DNA of 64,000 nucleotides from Burkholderiaceae bacterium (GTDB lineage Bacteria; Pseudomonadota; Gammaproteobacteria; Burkholderiales; Burkholderiaceae_C): NCBI GenBank assembly GCA_965284495.1, contig OZ260105.1, positions 260,049 to 324,048 of the forward strand, read 5' to 3'. Shown piece by piece: positions 19,173 to 26,858 of this stretch (position 1 is its first letter; each line of letters starts with the position of its first letter). The notes under the pieces were generated by a model. It saw only the letters and a program-made list of their open reading frames with translations, ran no database searches and was not told where the DNA came from. The position numbers and the translations under genes were made by a program.

Positions 19173-19876
19173 GTCGATTCCCCCTGTGTGTTGCGCAGCA
19201 CGGGCCGCTGGTCTCGTCCACGGGGAACACCCATAAAGCCCCGTGCAATCCAGCCAATGCAGGCAGTTAGCGCCCACCCGATGGCTAGACCTCCAAAAAG
19301 TACTTGTAGGGCTTGCTTCCACTGCTCCCAGAGCTTTTGCCGCTTAACCTGCTGCACCCGTTCAAGGTCTTGCGGTTGCAGTTTGAATGATGCAGCGGTT
19401 TCATCCATGTATGCGCGCACATCGCTGTCGTACTCGCTGGCCATCCATACCGTCGGAGGCTCTGCAGGGTCTATCGGCATCTTAAAAAGGTATTCCGCCA
19501 ATCTCGATGCTTCAGAGTGGGCACCCTGGCGCAGCGCTTCTTTTCGAGCGGCGTACACGCGTGCGGCTTCCGGGTTCGACGACGAGACAATTTGCCTGTA
19601 GGGAATAAGGTAACTACCGTTTTCGGCACGGTCGGCAACGAAACAAATCGAGAGGCTGACCTGTTCGCCTCCAGGTGCGACTGCCGTGGTGTACCTACTG
19701 GCGTCTTTTGGGTCGCACGTTTCAGCGGGTCTCGGCGTTGCTCCGTAGGTCTGAACTGCGTATGTGACAGAAGCGTGGGGTTCCGAGAGAACCGCATAAG
19801 CCAAGCACCCGACAGCCCAAAGGCCACCAAATGCCAACGCGATACGTCGCGCGCCTTCAAAAATATTTATTGCCAC
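19169..19876 (-). CDS. Membrane protein of unknown function (N- and C-terminal TM helices flanking a soluble domain)
   Basis: Hydrophobic segments at about aa 12-30 and 195-216; translationally coupled to the lipoprotein. Confidence 0.7.
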   Translation of the reverse strand: MAINIFEGARRIALAFGGLWAVGCLAYAVLSEPHASVTYAVQTYGATPRPAETCDPKDASRYTTAVAPGGEQVSLSICFVADRAENGSYLIPYRQIVSSSNPEAARVYAARKEALRQGAHSEASRLAEYLFKMPIDPAEPPTVWMASEYDSDVRAYMDETAASFKLQPQDLERVQQVKRQKLWEQWKQALQVLFGGLAIGWALTACIGWIARGFMGVPRGRDQRPVLRNTQGEST

Positions 19877-19970
19877 TGCACCCTCCGGCTTCCTTGCTCG
19901 ACTGGTTCATGTTAATCGACCGCTTCCAAACAGCAAAGGACAGAACTCCCGCGTGCCGCAGTGGGACCAA

Positions 19971-20014
19971 ACACCCCCGTTTTTCCGGTGAACGCCCCCC
20001 AAAAACGGGGGTGT
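19971..20014. repeat. Perfect 14-bp inverted repeat in the element non-coding region
   Basis: ACACCCCCGTTTTT-N16-AAAAACGGGGGTGT. Confidence 0.9.
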
Positions 20015-20212
20015 CAGCGCCTGGGCCTTTTAGGGCCTGACAAATCCCGCGCCTCGCGCACGCGCGCGGAACGTTCCACCCAATGCAGAAAGCCCCACAG
20101 CGGGGGCTCTCTTTTATGGCCCGAAAACGCGGCGCGTTCCCGGTTTTTCGTCTGTACTTCGCCGTACTGTAGGCGGCCTCGCCCGGAACCCGTGGGCTTT
20201 CTCGTGGTTTCT

Positions 20213-20482
20213 CTAACCAACGTCTCCCGGCCTGGGGCGCAGGGCGTCGGGCAGCTTCCACGCATCGCGGTCGCGGCCATACAGCGGCGGCGGCTTCCAG
20301 TGGCCTTGCACCAGTGCAGACAGCCCCGTGATAACCAGACGGTCTATCAGCGCCTGAGTGTTGCTGTTCGGGAAAAGCCCTTGCGCTGCCTGTAGGGCCT
20401 CCACAGCAGCCGGGCCGGGCATGTAGTCCACCCGCGCCCGGCCAGCCCTTGCGGTGGTTTGATTTGGCTCGATTGTTTTCAT
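20213..20482 (-). CDS. Small hypothetical protein, possibly ribbon-helix-helix-like
   Basis: Last ORF of the coupled xis-mob operon; beta-like RVDYMP followed by two predicted helices. Confidence 0.5.
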   Translation of the reverse strand: MKTIEPNQTTARAGRARVDYMPGPAAVEALQAAQGLFPNSNTQALIDRLVITGLSALVQGHWKPPPLYGRDRDAWKLPDALRPRPGDVG

Positions 20483-20486
20483 TTTT

Positions 20487-20936
20487 TCAGAGCAACGAAC
20501 CTTGCACGGCGGTCGTGTCAGGCCCGATGCCCGGCGCGGCCTGTTCGTCGTCGAAGTCTGCGCACCACTCGCGCGCTATGTCTTGCAGGGCCTGTAGCTG
20601 TGTTATTTCATAGGTCAGGTCTGCGTGTCGCTGGTCGCTGTGCTGCGTCATCCAATCAGCAAGGGCTTCTATCCGCTCATGCAGGCCCTGAATCCTCCTT
20701 TGCAGAGTAGCGATGCTCTTTGCCGCTTGCGGGTCGCTGGCGATGATTCCGAACTGTTCACAGACTGCCCGCAGTTGCCACGGGTGAACCAGTACGGACT
20801 GCGTGTCTTCAATGCCGTCCTGCTGGCACAGCATGATGGCGGGGCCGCAGTGGTCGCTCACAGCTTCGGCGGTCAGGTGGTGGTGGGTCAGTTTGGTTTG
20901 CATGGTCGTGGGTTGTTTGGTGGCGGTCGATTGCAT
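20487..20936 (-). CDS. Hypothetical protein with coiled-coil C-half
   Basis: ATG 5 nt after the mob stop; heptad-like IATLQRRIQGLHERIEAL. Confidence 0.6.
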   Translation of the reverse strand: MQSTATKQPTTMQTKLTHHHLTAEAVSDHCGPAIMLCQQDGIEDTQSVLVHPWQLRAVCEQFGIIASDPQAAKSIATLQRRIQGLHERIEALADWMTQHSDQRHADLTYEITQLQALQDIAREWCADFDDEQAAPGIGPDTTAVQGSLL

Positions 20937-20941
20937 GGGCG

Positions 20942-22048
20942 TCAGTCCCACGCGCTCAGGTCGTGGCTGTACTCGTCGCGCTCTCGGGTCAAGCCGTCGT
21001 CATCAATGCGCAGGGCGGGCGCTGCTCTTTGCTGGGGCAGCTTGTGCGAGTGCCGTGCAATGGCCTGTTGCTGCGCTGCGCGGGCGACACGCAGGCGGTC
21101 TTGATGTGGTGCCGTCCAATGCGAACGGCGGCCCACGATGTCCCACAGCTTCCCCGCCGAAGTGATGGCAGGCAGGTGCTGTTTTGAGGGTGGGGAATGG
21201 GCGAACCCTACACAGGATAGGGTTCGATGTTTTCCCCCCTCTTTTTGAAACCCTATGGGGTTTAATTCAATCCCTATTGGGTTCGGTTGGGGCTCGCTCT
21301 GCGGCGGCTTGTCCGATGGGCGGATGGTGTTCGCGTCGATTCCCAATGCCAACATTGCGGCGGTCGGGTCACGCTCGATACAGGCCAACAGATAGGGCCA
21401 CAGGGGCCCATTCGCAGCGGGCAGCCCCAGCACCTCACAGCGTCGCAAAACCGCTGCAATGGCCCATTGCTTCGCCATGCCGCGCACCTTTGCGCCCGCG
21501 TGTTTCAGGCCAGCAGGCCCGGCCACTTTCGCAAAGAACCTTTCGCGCAGGCGCTTTAAGGCTGCGCGGTCGATAGGTGCGCTGCCTACGTGCGCGCCCT
21601 CCTTCACGGGTAGCAGCAGCACATGCAGGTGCATTGCCGATTCGTCGCGGTGCACTACTGCACTCAGCACGGGCAGCGACAGGGCACCAGCAAGCCAGGC
21701 CAGGCACCGGGCGAAGTAGGCGGCAGGGTCTGCCATTGCTGCCAGTTGAGGCAGGCTGAAAACCGCCTCTATGGCTTGGCAATGGTCTCGGCGAAGGTTG
21801 CCAGGGATGATGCCCGCAGCGGCCTGCAAAGCCTCCGCCTGGGCGCACACCTCGGCAGCCGTGGCAGGCCCATGCAAAACGGTGTTGCCGTGTGTGCGGG
21901 TCGGGTCTATGTGGCCTGTAGCGCCTTGCTCTGCCTGTATCTCGCGCAGGTTGTGCCGGGCGGCCTCCAGCAAGGTGCAGGGCTTGCGTCCGTTTACGCG
22001 CGATAGACCGATGCTCTTCACGGCAAAGTGAGCGATGTTTTCAGCCAT
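20942..22048 (-). CDS. MOBV-family relaxase / plasmid recombination enzyme (Pre/Mob)
   Basis: Motif I HNLR, GNTVL.G, motif III HRDESAMHLH (HxDExxxHxH). Confidence 0.8.
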   Translation of the reverse strand: MAENIAHFAVKSIGLSRVNGRKPCTLLEAARHNLREIQAEQGATGHIDPTRTHGNTVLHGPATAAEVCAQAEALQAAAGIIPGNLRRDHCQAIEAVFSLPQLAAMADPAAYFARCLAWLAGALSLPVLSAVVHRDESAMHLHVLLLPVKEGAHVGSAPIDRAALKRLRERFFAKVAGPAGLKHAGAKVRGMAKQWAIAAVLRRCEVLGLPAANGPLWPYLLACIERDPTAAMLALGIDANTIRPSDKPPQSEPQPNPIGIELNPIGFQKEGGKHRTLSCVGFAHSPPSKQHLPAITSAGKLWDIVGRRSHWTAPHQDRLRVARAAQQQAIARHSHKLPQQRAAPALRIDDDGLTRERDEYSHDLSAWD

Positions 22049-22400
22049 GCGCGCCCCCTCGCTGTTGATTGCGGCGGGCCTGCCACTGGTAAACCTTACG
22101 GCGGTCCGCAACGGTCAGCAGGTATACGCCAGGGCGGCACGTGAAACCGTCGCGGTCCACAAAATGGATGCGCTTACATGGCACCTCCAATCCACGGCGG
22201 CGAAGCTCTGCCACCAGCTCTGGCCCGTTGCTGCAACCTGCTACGGTGTCTAGGTTCTCGCGTGGCATAGGGCGGCGCAGCAGCGCAGCGATTGCGCGCA
22301 GGTGTCGCGGGTTGTCGGTGCCGGTAAACTTCGGTGTGTGTTCTTTGGAAAGCCCCTTGTCCGCTGCAACGGTCTGGGGCTTTTTCTTTGGTGCTTTCAC
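22041..22400 (-). CDS. Winged-helix/HTH DNA-binding protein
   Basis: GTG start after GGGAGG; NPRHLRAIAALLRRPMPRENLDTVAGCSNGPELVAELRRRG pattern. Confidence 0.6.
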   Translation of the reverse strand: MKAPKKKPQTVAADKGLSKEHTPKFTGTDNPRHLRAIAALLRRPMPRENLDTVAGCSNGPELVAELRRRGLEVPCKRIHFVDRDGFTCRPGVYLLTVADRRKVYQWQARRNQQRGGAHG

Positions 22401-22483
22401 TTGGCGGCCCTCCCACGGTGAAACCAGCGGGAAGGCATAGCGCACCACAGCGCCAGCAGCAGGCGATTGATTGCGGTGGTCAT
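22397..22483 (-). CDS. 28-aa micro-ORF (MTTAINRLLLALWCAMPSRWFHRGRAAK) not in the ORF track
   Basis: ATG 2 nt after the xis stop; its TGA overlaps the next GTG start (GTGA). Confidence 0.45.
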   Translation of the reverse strand: MTTAINRLLLALWCAMPSRWFHRGRAAK

Positions 22484-22485
22484 CT

Positions 22486-22767
22486 TTAAGCCACTCCCAG
22501 CACGCGGCGCAGCTCAGACACGGGCCAGGCTAGGCGGCCATTGATGCGGATGCAGGGAACGGGGCCAGTCCCGGAATTCATCGCCCATGTGCGCAGGGTC
22601 TGCGGGCGGCGGTTCAGGTAGTGCGCGGCCTGCTCTGTCGGCACCGTGGGGCGGTTTACCAGTTCCAGCGGGGGGAACTGTTGGGGCTCAGATACAGCGC
22701 GGCGGGTGTCTGCGCTGTGGATGGATGCGTGCAGCGGTTGCGGCTGTCGCGTGGTCGTAGATTGCAT
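22486..22767 (-). CDS. Excisionase/AlpA-like HTH protein
   Basis: VPTEQAAHYLNRRPQTLRTWA...IRINGRLAWPVSELRRVLG, typical Xis/HTH_17 fold. Confidence 0.75.
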   Translation of the reverse strand: MQSTTTRQPQPLHASIHSADTRRAVSEPQQFPPLELVNRPTVPTEQAAHYLNRRPQTLRTWAMNSGTGPVPCIRINGRLAWPVSELRRVLGVA

Positions 22768-22890
22768 TGCAAACTCCTGCGCCTCTCGGCGTTAAGGTTG
22801 CCCCGACTGACTTAGCAGGGGCACAGGTGGCGCATCGCTGCGTTGACCCGTTGCAATAAATGTAGATTCGCGTTCGTCCCGAAAAAAGGG

Positions 22891-23391
22891 CTATTTTTCA
22901 GGAAGTTGTCTACTCCACTTGTGGGGTTTCTGGTCGCTAATCCGGTTGACCATTGTTTTCAGCTTGCTTTGGTAATCTTTGGAATTGACCTTCAGCGGGT
23001 TCTGGCCTAGCTCCCTAAATACTTGTTGGAAGTGCCAAGTAAGGACTTTTTGAACACCAGCCGATATGCCTTGGTTGTGCGCCTTGAACTTTGGAAGGCA
23101 CTCGCGTTCGTACCATGAAGCCAAGTTAAATTCTCCGTGCTTTTTCGGGCGACCTCTCCCGCGCTTCGTGGTCGGCTGCGTGGGAATCATCGTCATCGCG
23201 TTATGCAAAAGCTCGACGTGCTCGCGCAGCATTGCATTGCTCTCGCGCAGTTCTGTAACCAGCTTTGAATGCGATTCAAGTTCACCGACTGTTATGCCCC
23301 ATCCATCAAGTGCGCTCTGGTGCGCACCCCGGATGGCCAGCGCGTAATTTCTCCAGTCGCTCAGGCTCCAGCCTCCTGTATCAATGTCCAC
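22891..23391 (-). CDS. Hypothetical protein with AT-hook-like RGRGRPKK motif
   Basis: ORF with GAGG RBS, lower-GC codons, coiled-coil followed by GRP motif. Confidence 0.6.
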   Translation of the reverse strand: MDIDTGGWSLSDWRNYALAIRGAHQSALDGWGITVGELESHSKLVTELRESNAMLREHVELLHNAMTMIPTQPTTKRGRGRPKKHGEFNLASWYERECLPKFKAHNQGISAGVQKVLTWHFQQVFRELGQNPLKVNSKDYQSKLKTMVNRISDQKPHKWSRQLPEK

Positions 23392-23485
23392 AAGGCACCC
23401 CCTCAGTGCAACCCTGCATAGGAGCCCCAGCAGGCGGGCAGGGAAACCCGCTTTCAGTTCGCGGGCCTAGCTGGGGCTAAACGGT

Positions 23486-23776
23486 TCAGGCGTGCGCGGC
23501 CTGGGGCTCGATACGCACCACGGCGCGGGCTCCCACGGCCTGCGCATAGCGCTGCACTGTGCGCATGGACGGGGTGCTCTTTCCACCCTCCAGGCGTGCA
23601 ATAACGCTCTGTGTGGTGCCCATGCGCTGGGCAACGTCGCTTTGAGTTAACCCGGCGCGGCTGCGGGCTGCAATCAGTTCGCGGGCCAAGTCGAATTCAC
23701 CGGCTTGGCTTTCGTAGGCGGCCTGGGTTGCGGGGTCTGCTAGCAGTTCGCGCTTGATGTCTTTCAGGGTTTTCAT
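23486..23776 (-). CDS. Xre/HTH antitoxin (HigA-like)
   Basis: ARSRAGLTQSDVAQRMGTTQSVIARLEGG; ATGA overlap with toxin. Confidence 0.85.
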   Translation of the reverse strand: MKTLKDIKRELLADPATQAAYESQAGEFDLARELIAARSRAGLTQSDVAQRMGTTQSVIARLEGGKSTPSMRTVQRYAQAVGARAVVRIEPQAAHA

Positions 23777-24096
23777 GTCGTGGCCTCCAGGCGTTTGCGG
23801 GCTGTCTCCAATGCGCTGCGGGGCGTGGTCTGGGTCTTTTTCACAAACACATGCAGCACCAGCAGGCGGCGGCCTTGGATGGCGGCATACACGGCGCGGG
23901 CAATACCGTCACGGCCCTGCATTCGCATTTCCCACAGCTTGCCTTCCAACGGGCGTATATGCGGCAGTCCTACACGCTGCGGGCCAAAGTCTTGCAGCAG
24001 TTCGGCAATGTGCAGGAAGCGGGCTTGCATATCGGCGGGAAGTGCTTCCAACTCTGGCTCTGCCTGCGGGTGCAATGTCACTATCCAAGTGTTCAT
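23773..24096 (-). CDS. RelE/HigB-type toxin (Gp49/DUF891-like)
   Basis: HIRPLEGKLWEMR...ARAVY...LHVFVKKTQTTP; toxin precedes antitoxin. Confidence 0.85.
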   Translation of the reverse strand: MNTWIVTLHPQAEPELEALPADMQARFLHIAELLQDFGPQRVGLPHIRPLEGKLWEMRMQGRDGIARAVYAAIQGRRLLVLHVFVKKTQTTPRSALETARKRLEATT

Positions 24097-24098
24097 AG

Positions 24099-24116
24099 TA
24101 TAGCTTTTCTGCTATA
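24099..24116. promoter_or_regulatory. Putative antitoxin operator palindrome
   Basis: TATAGC-N6-GCTATA directly upstream of the toxin ATG. Confidence 0.6.
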
Positions 24117-24117
24117 T

Positions 24118-25431
24118 TTAAGCCACCACGCGCAGTGCACCGGGCACGGTCTGGGCATCAAACTGCACACCGGCAAGGCTCAGAATGTGCGCTTCTATCT
24201 GTTCAAGAAACGGGCGCAGGGCGTCAATGCTGCGCGGCCTGTAACCCTCGGCTGTTGCGCTTGGCTTGTGGCCCATCACTTGCGCGATAGCCCCAGCAGG
24301 TGCCCCGGCAGCCTCACCCAGCAGCGAAAAGGAACGGCGCAGGCCGTGGATTGTCAGGCCCTCGATTGCAGCGCTTTGCAGGGCCTTTGCATGGCTGTTG
24401 CGGGTGTCTGTAATGCGCCCTGCTTTGCCCGTGCTGGCGAACACAAACGGCCCCACCCTGGGCAGCGTTGCCAGCATGTGGGCCACGTAAGGGCTCAGGG
24501 GAATGGTTCGGGTGGTATCCACCTTGTCGGCAATGGTCAGCTTGCGCCACTGAAAATCCACATTCGCCCACGTCAGGGCGGCCAATTCTTCACGGCGGGC
24601 GCCTGTTAGCAGCAAGGCGCGCAGATAGGCGCTTGCGGTGCGGTTGCTCAGTTGCTCCACGCCAGCCCACCAGCCGGGCACCTGGGCGGCTTCCAGGGCG
24701 TCGGTGCGGCGTGTGTTGCTGGGCAGGTTCTCGACAATGGCGGCTGCCTTGCCCGCATCGCGGTCTGTCAGGTTCCGATACTCAGGGCGGGCAGCACACC
24801 AGCGCAGGAAACCCCGGAACATCATCAGGGCGCGGGCGGCTTGGTGCTTACCTGCCACGGCTTCGCGGTCGTACCAGTTTTTCAGTGTGTCCTCATTCAC
24901 GCCAGCTAGCGGCAGTGCCAGCAGCGGGTACAGCGGCCCCGGCCTAGTCGTGCCCTGCCCTCGTTTTTTCTTTTCGCCACCAGGGGCGGCCATCGCTTCA
25001 AGGTCGGCACGGTAGCGGGGCTTCCATGCTTCTTTGCGCTTGGGTCTGCCATTTTCCAGATACAGCGGCCACACCTCGCCCACGGTCAGGGCTTTGGCAG
25101 TTGCTGCGGCCTTTACGGCGGCTTTGTCTGCCTGTTGCTGGCGCTCTATCTCTCGGGGGTCTTGCCCACTGTCCACCAGCACTTTTAGGCGCTGCGCCTC
25201 CCCCCTTGCCTTTTCAATCGGCCAATCGGCGGCAGTGCCGATGTTCATGCGCAGGGTTGCCCCGTTCAAGCGCGCTTCAAACACGTAGGTTTTGCGGCCC
25301 GTGGGCGTCACGCGCAGCGCCAGGGCGGGGGCTTCGGTGTCCCATAGGAACGCCTGCGATTTACCAGCCGGGCAGGTGAAGGCGTCAACCCGGCCAGCGG
25401 TCAGCCTCACGCGGTTTTGTTGCTTGCTCAT
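24118..25431 (-). CDS. int: Tyrosine recombinase/integrase with N-terminal arm-binding domain (P4-like)
   Basis: LWDTEAPALALRV...KTYVF arm domain; catalytic R (GARREE), HGLRR and GH..Y. Confidence 0.93.
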   Translation of the reverse strand: MSKQQNRVRLTAGRVDAFTCPAGKSQAFLWDTEAPALALRVTPTGRKTYVFEARLNGATLRMNIGTAADWPIEKARGEAQRLKVLVDSGQDPREIERQQQADKAAVKAAATAKALTVGEVWPLYLENGRPKRKEAWKPRYRADLEAMAAPGGEKKKRGQGTTRPGPLYPLLALPLAGVNEDTLKNWYDREAVAGKHQAARALMMFRGFLRWCAARPEYRNLTDRDAGKAAAIVENLPSNTRRTDALEAAQVPGWWAGVEQLSNRTASAYLRALLLTGARREELAALTWANVDFQWRKLTIADKVDTTRTIPLSPYVAHMLATLPRVGPFVFASTGKAGRITDTRNSHAKALQSAAIEGLTIHGLRRSFSLLGEAAGAPAGAIAQVMGHKPSATAEGYRPRSIDALRPFLEQIEAHILSLAGVQFDAQTVPGALRVVA

Positions 25432-25448
25432 GGTGCCCCTCTGAAATC

Positions 25449-25467
25449 TGTAGGCAATCTGTAGGCA
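25449..25467 (+). repeat. Putative integrase arm-type sites, right
   Basis: Identical 19-mer to 18823-18841. Confidence 0.8.
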
Positions 25468-25533
25468 GATTCGCTAAAAACTGCCGAATTTAAATCAACA
25501 CAAAGACTGTTTATTTATCCAGCAAAAACAATC

Positions 25534-25546
25534 TAAGTTTTTGATT
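25534..25546 (-). promoter_or_regulatory. IHF consensus site between arm sites and att core
   Basis: AATCAAAAACTTA matches WATCAANNNNTTR. Confidence 0.6.
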
Positions 25547-25553
25547 TACATTG

Positions 25554-25582
25554 ATTCTACCAACAGCAATCAACAGGGGCAA
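25554..25582 (-). promoter_or_regulatory. Putative sigma70 promoter of int
   Basis: TTGCCC-N17-TAGAAT. Confidence 0.55.
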
Positions 25583-25596
25583 ATGCACCTATCCCA

Positions 25597-25647
25597 TCAT
25601 TCGTAATGAGAAGGTCGGGTGTTCGATTCATCTCTCCGGCACCAAAT
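25597..25647 (+). repeat. att duplication (3' part of tRNA-Thr)
   Basis: Identical to 18716-18766. Confidence 0.97.
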
Positions 25648-25649
25648 GA

Positions 25650-25684
25650 AAAGCCCTGATTCACAAGAGTCAGGGCTTTTTTTT
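25650..25684 (+). terminator. Original tRNA-Thr terminator
   Basis: AAAGCCCTGA-loop-TCAGGGCTTT followed by T-run. Confidence 0.8.
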
Positions 25685-25906
25685 GCCCGGTTAGACGCTG
25701 GGGTGGCAGGAGTCGAGACATCGCACGTGTCTCATAACCCGTCGAGCATTCAAAGTCTGGTGTCGTTTATTCGTTTTCGAACGCGGGCGAATCAGGCAGA
25801 CTGAGACTGAAAATCGCGTGCTCTCTCGCATGCTCCAACGCGCTTGGAGCAGCGAAAACACCGCAGCAGCCCCACCACATTTCCAACTATCACGCACCAC
25901 ACCCCT

Positions 25907-26110
25907 ATGACAGCAGACCGCAGAGCACCCGTCGACCGACGAGCCGGCCGAGATCGTCGCCAAGAAGAAAAAGGACCTCCGACCAACTTTGAACAGCGCC
26001 GTACGGTCGAAGCACGACAGCCAGAGTTGACTGAACTGGATGTCAGCGATGAAGAACTGAAAGCCCTGGGCTTCGGGCGTGAAGAAGCGCCTCCTAAAAA
26101 GCCGGATTGA
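25907..26110 (+). CDS. Small hypothetical protein with DRR/QRR repeats
   Basis: MTADRRAPVDRRAGRDRRQ...EQRR. Confidence 0.55.
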   Translation: MTADRRAPVDRRAGRDRRQEEKGPPTNFEQRRTVEARQPELTELDVSDEELKALGFGREEAPPKKPD

Positions 26111-26211
26111 ACCAACACGAACACCCCTTGGGAGTTCAGCGCCGTTGAGCCCACAACCCCCTCATTGAGCAAGCAGCCGGACACCTGGACAGATGCAGGT
26201 TCAGTAGCGCG

Positions 26212-26511
26212 CTACTCCGTCTGCATTGCAAGAATGCGTTGAGCCACCATGTCCAAGGCAGGCTTGGTAACTCCCTGCTTGTCGGTCCAAACGCGGGGGG
26301 TAATGCTGCCGGTAAGCGCCAGCGAATCACCATCAAGCAGCGCACGAAGCGCGGCACAAACGCTGACCTCGAACGCAATCACATTCACGAACAACGTCTC
26401 GCCGTCCGCCGTGCTGGCGCGCACCTTGGCCACAGTAAATGGTTTACCTGCCTTGTCGATGCGCTGTTCCGCATCGCCATAGAGCCTACCGGCCACCAGT
26501 CCATCGATCAT
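26212..26511 (-). CDS. Short SSB-like OB-fold protein
   Basis: GRL..DAEQR...GKPF...F.NVIAF...GD..A.TG...PRVWTDKQG; no acidic C-terminal tail. Confidence 0.7.
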   Translation of the reverse strand: MIDGLVAGRLYGDAEQRIDKAGKPFTVAKVRASTADGETLFVNVIAFEVSVCAALRALLDGDSLALTGSITPRVWTDKQGVTKPALDMVAQRILAMQTE

Positions 26512-26708
26512 GAGTGAGCGTCCTTGACCACGCGCGGGTCATCGTTAGTGTTTGCGCTACACGCAGGCTCGCGCGGTAGCGTGCAAATAAAGGGGGTTTG
26601 CAGCAATTCGATACCTAAGCGACTAGGCAGACGAATCCGCCAACACGCTTGGTGACTCTGCCAGGTGTCTCGCAAAAGCCATTGGAGCAGTCGCTTTTCG
26701 CCCACAGC

Positions 26709-26742
26709 AAAAAAGCCCAGAACCTTGCGATTCTGGGCTTTT
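26709..26742 (-). terminator. Terminator of tRNA-Pro
   Basis: AAAAGCCCAGAA-N8-TTCTGGGCTTTT. Confidence 0.8.
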
Positions 26743-26750
26743 GCTATCAA

Positions 26751-26827
26751 TGGTCGGCGTGGCGGGATTCGAACTCGCGACCCCTTGCACCCCATGCAAG
26801 TGCGCTACCAGGCTGCGCTACACGCCG
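26751..26827 (-). tRNA. tRNA-Pro(GGG)
   Basis: 77 nt CGGCGTGTAGCGCAGCCTGGTAGCGCA...; anticodon arm CTTGC-AT-GGG-GT-GCAAG; CCA end. Confidence 0.97.
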
Positions 26828-26858
26828 ACAAGACTTAGATTATATGCAGAAATAACCG

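Larger units (their letters stand above)
18716..25647. mobile_element. Integrative (probably mobilizable) element inserted in tRNA-Thr, ~6.9 kb
   Basis: Perfect 51-bp direct repeat (18716-18766 = 25597-25647) covering the tRNA 3' half; contains integrase, Xis-like, HTH, MOBV relaxase and TA genes; all genes on - strand. Confidence 0.93.

Noticed and set aside
25597-25647. Possible second tRNA-Thr
   Set aside because: Only the 3' part is present, with no acceptor 5' strand or D-arm; it is the att duplication
18716-25647. Prophage or classical PICI/P4 satellite
   Set aside because: No capsid, terminase, primase-helicase, Psu or Sid homologues; a relaxase is present instead
25619-25804. ORF MFDSSLRHQ.. 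and ORF 26508-26795 MGCKGSRVRIPP..
   Set aside because: Translations of tRNA T-arm sequence (att duplicate and tRNA-Pro), a common false CDS
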